This document shows, in pieces, positions 36,678 through 45,413 of a DNA stretch of 64,000 bases (its first letter is position 1; every line of letters begins with the position of its first letter). The stretch is from sequence record NC_031010.1; one strand, 5' to 3'. The position numbers and the translations under genes are program-made. The notes beneath the pieces are model-generated. The model did not search any database. It saw only the letters and a program-made list of their open reading frames with translations, and was not told the DNA's origin.

Positions 36678-37307
36678 GTGAGAAAAATAGTTTCTTGGGA
36701 CGGGCCCGACTATGCAGGCAAAACATTCCTGCGCAAGAAAGTGCAAGCCATGTTAGAAGTCTTGGGCTACACGGTGAAGGCTTACGGTAACCCCCGCACA
36801 GATTCCCCCACTGGGCAAGAGGCACGTCGTCTCCTGCTCCAGTCTGCCTCGAGTGAACGTGTCGCAGAAGCCATGGTTGCGGATTTTCAAGCAACCCTAA
36901 ACGCGCCTGAAAATCAGGACGTGGACTTCTTGTTCATGGACCACTTCCTCGCGAGTACCACAGTCCATCAGGGTGAAGCCGGTAAGGTGGCTGCTTTCCG
37001 TTCAGGCATTATCGAACAGATGGCACCGCCCCACGTATTCGTCTCGTTAGATGTAGACTACAACACAGCAATGAAGCGCGCTCGTCAGAGACGCGCACAA
37101 GAAGGTAAGCCGTGGGAGGACGATGTCCTGACCTACAAATACACTCAGAACGAGGAGTCATGGAATGGGTTGCGCGATAAGTTTCGCTTCGCCCTGCACA
37201 TCCTGACCGAAGGGGGTAACCGGTGTAACCACATCGCGATGCCGTCCGGGGAAATCGGCCCGAGTGATATTGCAAAGTTAGTCCATGAGCTGACCCGAGA
37301 TAAATAG
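36678..37307 (+). CDS. tmk: thymidylate (dNMP) kinase
   Basis: P-loop DGPDYAGKT, DHFLASTTVHQG (DRY..S..AYQG equivalent) and PPHVFVSLDV. Confidence 0.8.
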   Translation: MRKIVSWDGPDYAGKTFLRKKVQAMLEVLGYTVKAYGNPRTDSPTGQEARRLLLQSASSERVAEAMVADFQATLNAPENQDVDFLFMDHFLASTTVHQGEAGKVAAFRSGIIEQMAPPHVFVSLDVDYNTAMKRARQRRAQEGKPWEDDVLTYKYTQNEESWNGLRDKFRFALHILTEGGNRCNHIAMPSGEIGPSDIAKLVHELTRDK

Positions 37308-37311
37308 CAGT

Positions 37312-37346
37312 ACCCCCTACTCTTTGGAGTAGGGGTCTTTTCTTTT
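37312..37346 (+). terminator. intrinsic terminator
   Basis: CCCCTACTC-TTTG-GAGTAGGGG plus T tract. Confidence 0.85.
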
Positions 37347-37362
37347 CATCCTAAAAATTTAC

Positions 37363-37383
37363 AGGTAGATATTATCATTGTGA
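37363..37383 (+). promoter_or_regulatory. early promoter motif
   Basis: AGGTAGATATTATCATTGTGA. Confidence 0.7.
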
Positions 37384-37458
37384 GTATTAAGCAATCACTT
37401 GATTAATGCCGACAAAAAGGAAATAAAAAAGATGAGAACATAACAGAGGAGAAATATC

Positions 37459-37845
37459 ATGTTCTATTTAATGAAAGAAAGTGTCGTAGAGTTTATTGTA
37501 AAATTGCGCGTTGCGCATTGGGTAAGGAAGTACGGTTGCAGTTTTCGTAATGTGGTAAGTTACCACAAAAACGGATATGTTCGTCCACTGGTTCCGCAGT
37601 TTCATCAGGGCCGTGTGAAGTTCGATGAAGAAGCGTATCAGAAGCTGTGTAAGATATTGCACCGCAAAGTTACTGTGGACACATGGGAAATTGATATACC
37701 GGACAGTGAAACTAAAACCAAAATCCATCCGGTTACAACCCCGTGTGTGGCTATCCCCGCTTGGCTGGTGACAGGTGAAGTGCGTGACTTCGGTCGCAAG
37801 CACCACGGCCAGATTTACATCCCGCTTTACAAAGACGTTATTTAA
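37459..37845 (+). CDS. early hypothetical protein, TTPC..IYIPLY family 1
   Basis: GAGGAG SD; TTPCVAIPAWLV...GQIYIPLY. Confidence 0.7.
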   Translation: MFYLMKESVVEFIVKLRVAHWVRKYGCSFRNVVSYHKNGYVRPLVPQFHQGRVKFDEEAYQKLCKILHRKVTVDTWEIDIPDSETKTKIHPVTTPCVAIPAWLVTGEVRDFGRKHHGQIYIPLYKDVI

Positions 37846-37851
37846 GCTGTG

Positions 37852-37880
37852 GGGAACATCCGTTTGGGTGTTCCCTTTTT
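37852..37880 (+). terminator. intrinsic terminator (probably leaky)
   Basis: GGGAACATCC/GGGTGTTCCC plus short T tract. Confidence 0.7.
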
Positions 37881-37903
37881 CCAATTAAAAGTAAGGAGTA
37901 ATC

Positions 37904-38314
37904 ATGATAGCCACATTTGTAAAAGAGACCTTCTCAGAAGGCCTGAGCGAAGCGATGCGAAACTACGCCATCAATCGTTTAGTCGTAAAGTATGCCCAAC
38001 CCTTTCGTAACGACTGCGTGCAAGGTGCGTGGTCAGAACTGTCACGTGGCGAATGGCCTCACCTGACGCACCGTGGTGGGGAATTCCATGCCCGCTTTAA
38101 CATCGCCGCTTACGAGAAGTTTGAATCTGTATTAGGTCGCGGCATTCCGATTGTGTCGTGGGAGTGCGTTGGTAACGAGTGCGACGTATTGAAAGAACCT
38201 AATGGGCGCACCACGCCGTGCATCGCGATAAACGCAGGGTACCTGACCGAAGCGAATCTGCGTCTGGGCCGCCAAGTGAAACACTATATCTACATCCCGC
38301 TGTATACCCGCTAA
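37904..38314 (+). CDS. hypothetical protein, TTPC..IYIPLY family 2
   Basis: GTAAGGAGTAAT SD; TTPCIAINAGYL...HYIYIPLY. Confidence 0.7.
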   Translation: MIATFVKETFSEGLSEAMRNYAINRLVVKYAQPFRNDCVQGAWSELSRGEWPHLTHRGGEFHARFNIAAYEKFESVLGRGIPIVSWECVGNECDVLKEPNGRTTPCIAINAGYLTEANLRLGRQVKHYIYIPLYTR

Positions 38315-38338
38315 CTGAAACTTGTAAGGAGTAATCTC

Positions 38339-38689
38339 ATGGCTAAACGTATCAAATGTGTTGACCTGAATCGCGCAAAGAACCAGTTCTTAAACCAGCT
38401 GTCTTTGGTGATTGCCCGCTTGAACTACAAACACACCCAGCGTGAAATCGCAGCGGTCTGTGGTGTTTCCACCTCCATCATCAGTAACATCAAGAACGAC
38501 AAGAAAGACATGGTGTCGCTCGACGCGTTGATGACGGTTGCGAAGAAGCTTGGTTTAGACTTCGAAGTTGCCCTGCGCAACAAAGATAACCAAACCCAAG
38601 TGCGTGTGCATGTGGAGTCAGCTTTAGAATACCAGACCCGTATCAAAGGGGCAGGGTTCAAAGTCCACCACGAACTGCGTTTACACTAA
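38339..38689 (+). CDS. XRE/Cro-like helix-turn-helix protein
   Basis: TQREIAAVCGVSTSIISNIKNDK...SLDALMTVAKKLG. Confidence 0.85.
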   Translation: MAKRIKCVDLNRAKNQFLNQLSLVIARLNYKHTQREIAAVCGVSTSIISNIKNDKKDMVSLDALMTVAKKLGLDFEVALRNKDNQTQVRVHVESALEYQTRIKGAGFKVHHELRLH

Positions 38690-38698
38690 GGGCCAATC

Positions 38699-38989
38699 AT
38701 GGGATTGTCAGCAGAGACCAAACGGATAAAAATGGAAGGTATTCGCGTTGCCTTACAGAGAAGCCGGACAAAGTTGGATGAAGAGATGGCCAAGCTTCCT
38801 GCTACGGGCATTATTCCGTTTGATACGGTTCCGCACTTTAACGAAATCAACCGACTACTGGTGCGTATTCGTAATCTGAACATCGCCCTAGCGTATCTTG
38901 CGGGGATTCCAAATGGCGTTCAAGCGTTAGCGTATAAAGTCACTGCACCGCGTATCTCGCAAGTGGTGAAAGCTGTGTTAAAGATGTAG
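38699..38989 (+). CDS. hypothetical helical protein (96 aa)
   Basis: AAGG SD, packed ORF. Confidence 0.65.
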   Translation: MGLSAETKRIKMEGIRVALQRSRTKLDEEMAKLPATGIIPFDTVPHFNEINRLLVRIRNLNIALAYLAGIPNGVQALAYKVTAPRISQVVKAVLKM

Positions 38990-38996
38990 TAGAAAA

Positions 38997-39033
38997 TGGG
39001 GGCCTAAACCGCCCCCGCTTCTTTTTTTTGTTT
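38997..39033 (+). terminator. intrinsic terminator
   Basis: GGGGGC/GCCCCC stem plus T tract. Confidence 0.65.
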
Positions 39034-39034
39034 A

Positions 39035-39076
39035 AGTTCGAACGGATGATATCTCAGATATATATTACCTAGGTGA
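39035..39076 (+). promoter_or_regulatory. early promoter, extended form
   Basis: AGTTCGAACG...TCTCAGATATATATTACCTAGGTGA; contains exact TATATTAC. Confidence 0.8.
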
Positions 39077-39126
39077 GAGAATACTAATACTCTCTTATAA
39101 TCCACTTAAACAAAAGGAAATTTATC

Positions 39127-39432
39127 ATGGGCTTATTATCTAAACTGTTCGGCGAAGAAACCACTACCACTACTGTTAAGAATCCACTGGACAACACTAT
39201 CGTTGTTGACAAAGACCTTGGCTTCTTTGCTGAAGAAGTTGCACGTATCGGTGTTGCATTATCTCATGCACACTCTCGTAGCGACAGCCGCAAAATGGCA
39301 CGCTGCTTAGCGGCACTGCGCTTACTGCGCGAAATGAACGAAGACTCTGGTTTCCAGTTGGCAATGCCTAAGAACCTGAGCAAATATCGTATGCGTAAAG
39401 CACGCGGCGATTTCCCATTCCTGAATGTGTAA
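39127..39432 (+). CDS. early hypothetical protein (101 aa)
   Basis: AAGGA SD, strong codon bias, amphipathic MGLLSKLF start. Confidence 0.75.
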   Translation: MGLLSKLFGEETTTTTVKNPLDNTIVVDKDLGFFAEEVARIGVALSHAHSRSDSRKMARCLAALRLLREMNEDSGFQLAMPKNLSKYRMRKARGDFPFLNV

Positions 39433-39460
39433 ACTAATCATCCCCCTCAAGGAGTTCACC

Positions 39461-39667
39461 ATGTTTAATGCAGTTCTGTCCATCGTCAGCCGTTTCACCA
39501 CTAAAGAAGTAGTAGAAGTTGCTGCTCCCGCTGTGGAGCCGCGCCCGGAGAATTTCGGCGTGCGTCTGGCTGTGCTGTGCACAGACCTGCATCAAGCAAT
39601 GGCTGATAACCGCTGGAAGGATGTCGAAGTTCTGCGCAAGCAGATTGACGCCCTTCTGGGTAAATAA
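39461..39667 (+). CDS. small protein with UVR-like helical hairpin (68 aa)
   Basis: AAGGAG SD; LHQAMADNRWKDVEVLRKQIDAL. Confidence 0.7.
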   Translation: MFNAVLSIVSRFTTKEVVEVAAPAVEPRPENFGVRLAVLCTDLHQAMADNRWKDVEVLRKQIDALLGK

Positions 39668-39669
39668 AA

Positions 39670-39697
39670 GAGGCACCTTCGGGTGCCCTTATTTTTT
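39670..39697 (+). terminator. intrinsic terminator
   Basis: GGCACC-TTCG-GGTGCC plus T tract. Confidence 0.85.
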
Positions 39698-39721
39698 CTG
39701 TAATTGTAAGGAGTAATCACA

Positions 39722-40354
39722 ATGGATAATAACCAAACCAAGCGTATAGGTAATCGTCGTAGCAACCTGCCGATTGTGGGAGAGGTGGTGTATATAAGGG
39801 GTCTTCTTACAGAAGATTCTTTTGACCCTGCGAAAATTGAAAAGCGTGGCGGTGTCGTTAAGATGCTGGACTACAAAACAGGCGTTCATCTCCGTTTGTA
39901 CCGGAAAGCCGTGGACTACATGCTCTCTCTGGCAGAGTTCGCGGACGGCTATAAAGCTGTCGGCATGGAATCCACTGTGGCGGTATCGGATTACTCAGCT
40001 CACATCGAGCAGCTTTTCGAGGCACTCGAGGCTGTCGAAACTGTGTCCGAAGGCATTCCAACCACCCTTGCGGAGTCTGCGCAAGAAAACGTCCCCGGGT
40101 CAGAAAAGCAGCCAGCATTAACGTTGGAACTGGCGGAGGTGATGGCGTGGCTGAATAACCCTAATGCGGTTAACGGCTTAACCCTAGAACAGGTCTTGGA
40201 ACTGACCCAAGCGCTCCAAATGCAACTTGGCTACATCGTCGGGAAAGTTGGACTGTTGCATAACGAAGCGACGCGTCCCGAGCGTACCAGTTCACTGCTC
40301 GGCGGTAGTTCCCTACTCAGCCCTTGCGGTAGTAGCCAATCTTTTAGACTCTAA
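39722..40354 (+). CDS. hypothetical protein (210 aa)
   Basis: GTAAGGAGTAAT SD. Confidence 0.7.
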   Translation: MDNNQTKRIGNRRSNLPIVGEVVYIRGLLTEDSFDPAKIEKRGGVVKMLDYKTGVHLRLYRKAVDYMLSLAEFADGYKAVGMESTVAVSDYSAHIEQLFEALEAVETVSEGIPTTLAESAQENVPGSEKQPALTLELAEVMAWLNNPNAVNGLTLEQVLELTQALQMQLGYIVGKVGLLHNEATRPERTSSLLGGSSLLSPCGSSQSFRL

Positions 40355-40390
40355 TAGACCCATCGACCTTTTATCCGTAAGGAGTAATCT

Positions 40391-41038
40391 ATGTTAACAC
40401 CAGTACAGTCTCTGTTAGACGTGTCGTACGCCCCTGCCATCGTTGGCATGAAAGATGCCGTAGAGCAATTTTTGACAACCGTCGAGAGTGTTCCTTTCGA
40501 CCAGTTTGCGTACCTGAATGAAAACCTTGAAGTTGAGCAGCTCGCCATCTGCTTCTTGGATGCGGACGTTGTCAGTGTGGTTATCCAAGGGGGCTTAGAT
40601 AAAGCCGCCATTAAGTCACTGACCAACTACTACACCAACGCCGTTGCGGTGCGTGTGTACTACAGCGATCAAGAAGATTTCCCGAAAGGCGATGACTGGT
40701 CTGTAGAGGGCCTGTCGTTCCTGATGGACAACCCAGCGTTTGACGAATCCCTGCCGGCGTTCGAAGCCGAACAAGATGATGTGTTCGTGACCATCAAAGT
40801 CGGCGACAAGGCCATGCTCGGTACCCTGCTCAGCGACCTCAACACCTTCTCGGTCATGGCAACCGGTGAATACCAGCCTGAGATGGAAAACGAACTGAAA
40901 GTGGCGATGGCCTATTGCAATGGGCAAGAGTGTCGCTTACTGGTACAAGTGTATCACAACTCATGGATAAAGCCGATGCTGGACATGGGCTTTGAAGCAA
41001 ACCGCTGGATTCTCAAGGCTGACTTCAATCACCTCTGA
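40391..41038 (+). CDS. acidic protein, possible degenerate tandem GNAT fold
   Basis: GTAAGGAGTAAT SD; the C-terminus LLVQVYHNSWIKPMLDMGFEANRWIL resembles GNAT motif B. The ORF is solid, the fold call is tentative. Confidence 0.45.
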   Translation: MLTPVQSLLDVSYAPAIVGMKDAVEQFLTTVESVPFDQFAYLNENLEVEQLAICFLDADVVSVVIQGGLDKAAIKSLTNYYTNAVAVRVYYSDQEDFPKGDDWSVEGLSFLMDNPAFDESLPAFEAEQDDVFVTIKVGDKAMLGTLLSDLNTFSVMATGEYQPEMENELKVAMAYCNGQECRLLVQVYHNSWIKPMLDMGFEANRWILKADFNHL

Positions 41039-41118
41039 TAATTTACAGCACCTACCGATGTTATAGCCGCCGCTGTCCGGTTAAAGACAGCCCCAACCTT
41101 AATTGAGAGAAAATAGAA

Positions 41119-41877
41119 ATGGCTAAAGTATTTGCGACCTACCAAGAGATGCAGCAGACAGTTGATGTCATGGCAACGATGATTTCCACCGACCACAAAC
41201 GTCGGCTGGCTTTTTATCGTGAGAAAGCAACCAACCATTCTGTGCGCACCGTCCGTACCGCAATTATTGATCTGACAACAGACGAGGTCACGCCGTTGCA
41301 GGCCTCGTTTAAGATGGACGGCCCGACCAACGCCCCATTGACCCCAATGGCGAAATGGAAAGGGTTACGTCATGCCTTCTCTAGGTTCTTCTTTACGCGT
41401 ATTGCTCGTAAACCGGAGTTGTTGTTACTGGCGAACAACCGTGACCTCAACTTACTGGTAACGGAGCTGCCTGAGTTAGCGTATCTGTTGGAGTTCAACA
41501 AATACCTGAAACGGGCTTGCTTCACGCACATCGCAGCAGAAGACATGGAGAGCAAGGACGGCTGGCCGACCTACTTTACGTGGTCATCAACGCACCGCCA
41601 CCAACACAGCGTCCGCCAGATACTTGTAGGGCGTACACTGAAATGGCGTGGCAATGGCATCGGCGATCTGCCGCATGTCCTCGTTGAGGTTAATATCTCA
41701 AAGTACGGCATCACGGCGAAAGACATCGGTAAGATTCAGCACCTGAGTTTTGCCTTGACCTATCCGGTTGCAGATTGGCCAAAGATTGACGATTTACTGC
41801 AAGACCCGCAGATTGAGCCACTGGTTGACCTGTGGTTATGTCCGCGTATTACTATCGAGCCGAAGCACGCCGGTTAA
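41119..41877 (+). CDS. hypothetical protein, W-x9-P triplet member 1
   Basis: C-terminal WPKIDDLLQDPQIEPLVDLW. Confidence 0.7.
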   Translation: MAKVFATYQEMQQTVDVMATMISTDHKRRLAFYREKATNHSVRTVRTAIIDLTTDEVTPLQASFKMDGPTNAPLTPMAKWKGLRHAFSRFFFTRIARKPELLLLANNRDLNLLVTELPELAYLLEFNKYLKRACFTHIAAEDMESKDGWPTYFTWSSTHRHQHSVRQILVGRTLKWRGNGIGDLPHVLVEVNISKYGITAKDIGKIQHLSFALTYPVADWPKIDDLLQDPQIEPLVDLWLCPRITIEPKHAG

Positions 41878-41908
41878 AGCGTGACCCTTACTCACTGGAG
41901 ATAAAAGA

Positions 41909-42583
41909 ATGGCAACACTGGATTTCGTTAAGAAAGGTATGGCGATTGAAGAACTGACAAAGAAGCCGAGCGTGGTAGAGCACCCTGAACTCCCAACGAT
42001 TATGATGGCGGGACAGAAGCTGCATCTACTGAGCGACTCCGTTGCTAACATCCACTTCATTGTGGCGGAAGCAGGCGGCTTTGTTACGCGTGTCTTCAAC
42101 CGGGTAAAGCCTGTGGCTGATGGAAAGGCCACACTCACTATCTATCGTCAGATCATTCGCGACGAACGCGGCATGTACTTCTTCAAAGTCTTGGCCAGTA
42201 AGCCCAAGGCGTTGGAAGCATTCATGAAGCAAGACCAGCAGGGACTGATTGCAGCCTCACCGCTGTTTTACGGTCTGTGCCGGGCGTACGTGGAATCAGG
42301 ACAACATCGCATCAGCGGTGTGGATACACGCGAGCAGTGGTCTGCCCCGCAATGGGTAGGTTCGCTGCGGGGTGAAGTGGCCGGGAAAGCCATTAACTTC
42401 AAACGCACCGTGGGTTATCGTCCTGCAACCAAAGATACACGTGTTGTCTATCGCTTCGAAGGCGCATTCGGAATGACCCTGACCTTAGCGCAGGACTTAC
42501 CGGGTGTGGCGTGGAGCAAAGCTGCGGACTATTTAGCGTTACCGAAAGTCACGGCGATTCTCAAAGAGTTCTACGAGCTGTAA
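41909..42583 (+). CDS. hypothetical protein, triplet member 2
   Basis: SPLFYGL; WSKAADYLALPKVTAILKEFY. Confidence 0.7.
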   Translation: MATLDFVKKGMAIEELTKKPSVVEHPELPTIMMAGQKLHLLSDSVANIHFIVAEAGGFVTRVFNRVKPVADGKATLTIYRQIIRDERGMYFFKVLASKPKALEAFMKQDQQGLIAASPLFYGLCRAYVESGQHRISGVDTREQWSAPQWVGSLRGEVAGKAINFKRTVGYRPATKDTRVVYRFEGAFGMTLTLAQDLPGVAWSKAADYLALPKVTAILKEFYEL

Positions 42584-42588
42584 TAAGC

Positions 42589-42618
42589 AGGCCGCCTTCG
42601 GGTGGCCTCTTTTATTTT
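42589..42618 (+). terminator. intrinsic terminator
   Basis: AGGCCGCC-TTCG-GGTGGCCT plus T tract. Confidence 0.85.
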
Positions 42619-42675
42619 AACCCGATGCATCGCGGGCAAATGATGCCAACTTAAAAAATAAAAGAGAGTATTACC

Positions 42676-43455
42676 ATGCAGAAATCTATCAGTGTAGGTC
42701 AGAACCTTCGGACGTTATGTGATGAAGGCCACATCATCGAGCAATACAACTACGAAAATAAAGAGACCGACGTTGGTTTCGCATTGATTAGAAAACCCAA
42801 TAGTGCGAATATAGAAGGGGTGATGTTCAACACCGTGACCCACGACGTACTTTATGCATTCCGAAGACCTGTCACTGCGCCCCAAGTAAGACTCGGGGTG
42901 AATACGCCGTTCGCACCATTGTGTAATGTGCAACCAAAATATATCCACGATGAATTCTTTCGCGAAGACATCGGACATTACTTCTTTCGGAAACATGCCA
43001 ATAATCTCGAGCTTCTCAAGGCCGTGTGGTGCGACGACAGAAAGAGGATACACGAGATAGACCCAGTGTTCTATGGCATGCTCTGGGTGGCGAACAGACT
43101 GCGTCACATAGATGACCCCCATTCACCACCGCGTCGTAAGTTGTATTCCGGTGGGGTATTCGGTGCAGGCGGTGATAATCTGCGTTTTATCCATAACGAG
43201 CAAGAACGCAGTTGTTCGCGCACGATGGTAATGTACTTCCATAACGTAGACGCTGCCACAAACGTCCCACCGATTATTGTGGAATATGCTTTCCACCACC
43301 CGAGTCGTCCGCGTCCCGGGCATGTATCAGGATCGCCGCACGTGTTAAAGTTAAGTCGCAGGTATTATCAGGGTGAATGGCCCAACATCAAAGTCTTTAT
43401 GGATGACCCGCGTAACAAACCGTATCTCGATTTGTTCTACGCCGAGAACCCGTAA
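42676..43455 (+). CDS. hypothetical protein, triplet member 3
   Basis: DPVFYGM; WPNIKVFMDDPRNKPYLDLFY. Confidence 0.7.
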   Translation: MQKSISVGQNLRTLCDEGHIIEQYNYENKETDVGFALIRKPNSANIEGVMFNTVTHDVLYAFRRPVTAPQVRLGVNTPFAPLCNVQPKYIHDEFFREDIGHYFFRKHANNLELLKAVWCDDRKRIHEIDPVFYGMLWVANRLRHIDDPHSPPRRKLYSGGVFGAGGDNLRFIHNEQERSCSRTMVMYFHNVDAATNVPPIIVEYAFHHPSRPRPGHVSGSPHVLKLSRRYYQGEWPNIKVFMDDPRNKPYLDLFYAENP

Positions 43456-43461
43456 AATCAT

Positions 43462-43496
43462 AGGCCACCTTCGGGTGGTCTTTTTCTTTTATTTTT
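43462..43496 (+). terminator. intrinsic terminator
   Basis: GGCCACC-TTCG-GGTGGTC plus T tract. Confidence 0.85.
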
Positions 43497-43518
43497 ACAC
43501 TAACTCCCGAATGTATGT
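43492..43518 (+). promoter_or_regulatory. putative middle/late promoter TAC-N15-TATGT
   Basis: TAC ends at 43498, TATGT starts at 43514. Confidence 0.55.
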
Positions 43519-43549
43519 ATCACGCTCATTATAATCTCAGGAGTCATTC

Positions 43550-44503
43550 ATGCCCATTATTCGACTGTCAGTCGGTGTGCTAAAAACCCAAGAGTTTGCA
43601 CATCTGGCCGATAACCCCAAACTGTGGATGCGACTTAAGTCGCACGTTAAAGATGACGACATGCGCGTCTATGCCTTGGTTACCGCCGGTGGCATTCCCC
43701 AAGCTTACGCGGTGTGCAGTTACACCAGTGGGTCTACGTCGCTGCTGTGCAGTTACTTCGAAGACCTTATCCCGAACAGCATTAACCGTCCGTTCTGGTT
43801 GGCGCTACTCGACTACACCGGCTTTGACGTTCTGCGCATCGTCGCCCCGAACGACGCCATCGGTGAAATCGTTAAGGGTTACGAGTTCAAACTGGTTGAA
43901 GAGATGTGGGTCGGTAACGTTACCCCGTACCGTGGCTTCCCGGTCTCGGAGAACATCCACAGTGTCTCTGGTGATGCGTTCTATAAGCTCAGCACCGAAG
44001 ATGTGGAAGACCTGCACAAACTCATCTGGGCGGCAACCGTCGCTGAAATTAATACCGATGTCTTGGAACGCCGTCTCACGCAGATGGTGCCCAACGGTAT
44101 GGATGAAGTGCTGGGACGCACCGGGGATTACCACTACGAAGTGTTTGTGCTGCGTGAACCCGAGCTGAAGAATAGAATCATTGGCTTTGCCTACTGCCAC
44201 AAACTCGAACCGGGGTATGTTGCGGTTGGGGGTCTCGGTGTTGCACAGGAGCACCAGAACAAACGTCACGGGCGTAAGCTTGCGGCGGCGGTATTGGCCC
44301 ATGCCTCGGGGATGACCGATCAGGTGTACGCAACGGTGTTGTCGCAGAACCATGCGTCACGTCATCTGTTTGCGGATATCTTAAAGTTCAAACCGGTGAT
44401 GTCCGTTTACGGCATCAGTCGTAACGAAGTGGATAAGCCTGTACCGCACGTGACCAAGGTCGCTGCTGAGAAGCGCGCCAAACAGATGCTGGGACTGTTA
44501 TAG
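43550..44503 (+). CDS. tandem-domain GNAT acetyltransferase
   Basis: C-domain GLGVAQEHQNKRHGRKLA and TVLSQNHASRHLF...LKF; degenerate N-domain. Confidence 0.8.
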   Translation: MPIIRLSVGVLKTQEFAHLADNPKLWMRLKSHVKDDDMRVYALVTAGGIPQAYAVCSYTSGSTSLLCSYFEDLIPNSINRPFWLALLDYTGFDVLRIVAPNDAIGEIVKGYEFKLVEEMWVGNVTPYRGFPVSENIHSVSGDAFYKLSTEDVEDLHKLIWAATVAEINTDVLERRLTQMVPNGMDEVLGRTGDYHYEVFVLREPELKNRIIGFAYCHKLEPGYVAVGGLGVAQEHQNKRHGRKLAAAVLAHASGMTDQVYATVLSQNHASRHLFADILKFKPVMSVYGISRNEVDKPVPHVTKVAAEKRAKQMLGLL

Positions 44504-44582
44504 TCCGAAGGCACGGCTAACTATTATAAAAGGGTGAGCGACGCTCTGGATAGCTTACAGGGCGTCTGACGAGGTATTTCGG

Positions 44583-45404
44583 ATGAAGCGATCGTTTATA
44601 AAATGGATGGGGGGTAAATCCCGTGTAATGGATGCGCTGAAGCACCATCTTCCCAAGGGGGACGTGTTCATTGAACCGTTCGTTGGCGGTGGGTCCGTGT
44701 TTCTGAACACCGACTATCCTGAATACATTTTGGCCGATTCAAATCCTGACCTTATTCAGTTAATGGAAGTTGCCGCTTACCAACCGGCATTGTTAATTGA
44801 GCAAGCGAAGGTGTTGTTCGGCGGTGGTGAACGTGATGATTACATGGCACACCGCAAAGCCTTTAACACCCGGGACGGGGAGCCGCACGTCAGGGCTGCT
44901 ATGTTCCTGTATTTGAATCGCCATGGTTATAACGGCCTGTGCCGTTACAATAAATCTGGGGGGTACAACGTCCCGTACGGTCGCCACCCCAGTAAGCCGT
45001 ATCTGCCCGAGAAGGAGATTCTCGAATTTGCAGAGAAGGTGAAGAAAGGAAAGGTGACTTTCTTGTGTGCTGACTTTCAGCAGACGGTTGCACTCGCACA
45101 ACAGCAGAATAAGCGTAAGGTCGTCATCTATTGTGATCCGCCTTACGTACCCAGTAGCAAGACATCTTCCTTTGCGCAGTACCACAAAAACGAATTTGGT
45201 CAAGCCGAGCACCGTGCATTAGCCAACGTGCTGATGGATGCCAGACGCTCGGGAGCCAAAGTGGTATTGTCAAACTCCGATACCGTTCTGACCCGCGATA
45301 TCTACCACGGCTTTACCTTTCACACGGTAGAAGTCGGTAGACACATGGCGGCGAAGAAAGAGAAACGGGGTAAAGTAATTGAAGTGATTGCAACGCTATT
45401 CTGA
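44583..45404 (+). CDS. dam: Dam-family N6-adenine DNA methyltransferase
   Basis: KWMGGK, FIEPFVGGGSVFLN, YLNRHGYNGLCRYN...NVPYG and IYCDPPY motifs. Confidence 0.95.
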   Translation: MKRSFIKWMGGKSRVMDALKHHLPKGDVFIEPFVGGGSVFLNTDYPEYILADSNPDLIQLMEVAAYQPALLIEQAKVLFGGGERDDYMAHRKAFNTRDGEPHVRAAMFLYLNRHGYNGLCRYNKSGGYNVPYGRHPSKPYLPEKEILEFAEKVKKGKVTFLCADFQQTVALAQQQNKRKVVIYCDPPYVPSSKTSSFAQYHKNEFGQAEHRALANVLMDARRSGAKVVLSNSDTVLTRDIYHGFTFHTVEVGRHMAAKKEKRGKVIEVIATLF

Positions 45405-45413
45405 GAGGTGCCT

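Noticed and set aside
39160-39174. ACCACTACCACTACT micro-repeat
   Set aside because: Simply encodes a Thr run; too short for phase variation.
39722-40354. AVGMES and AQE protease-like sites suggesting a head protein
   Set aside because: Short motif, no propeptide-like context, and the gene lies among accessory genes.
42601-43460. Possible recent horizontal transfer of the 42676 gene (rare codons)
   Set aside because: It shares motifs with its two upstream neighbours, so local duplication and divergence explain it better.
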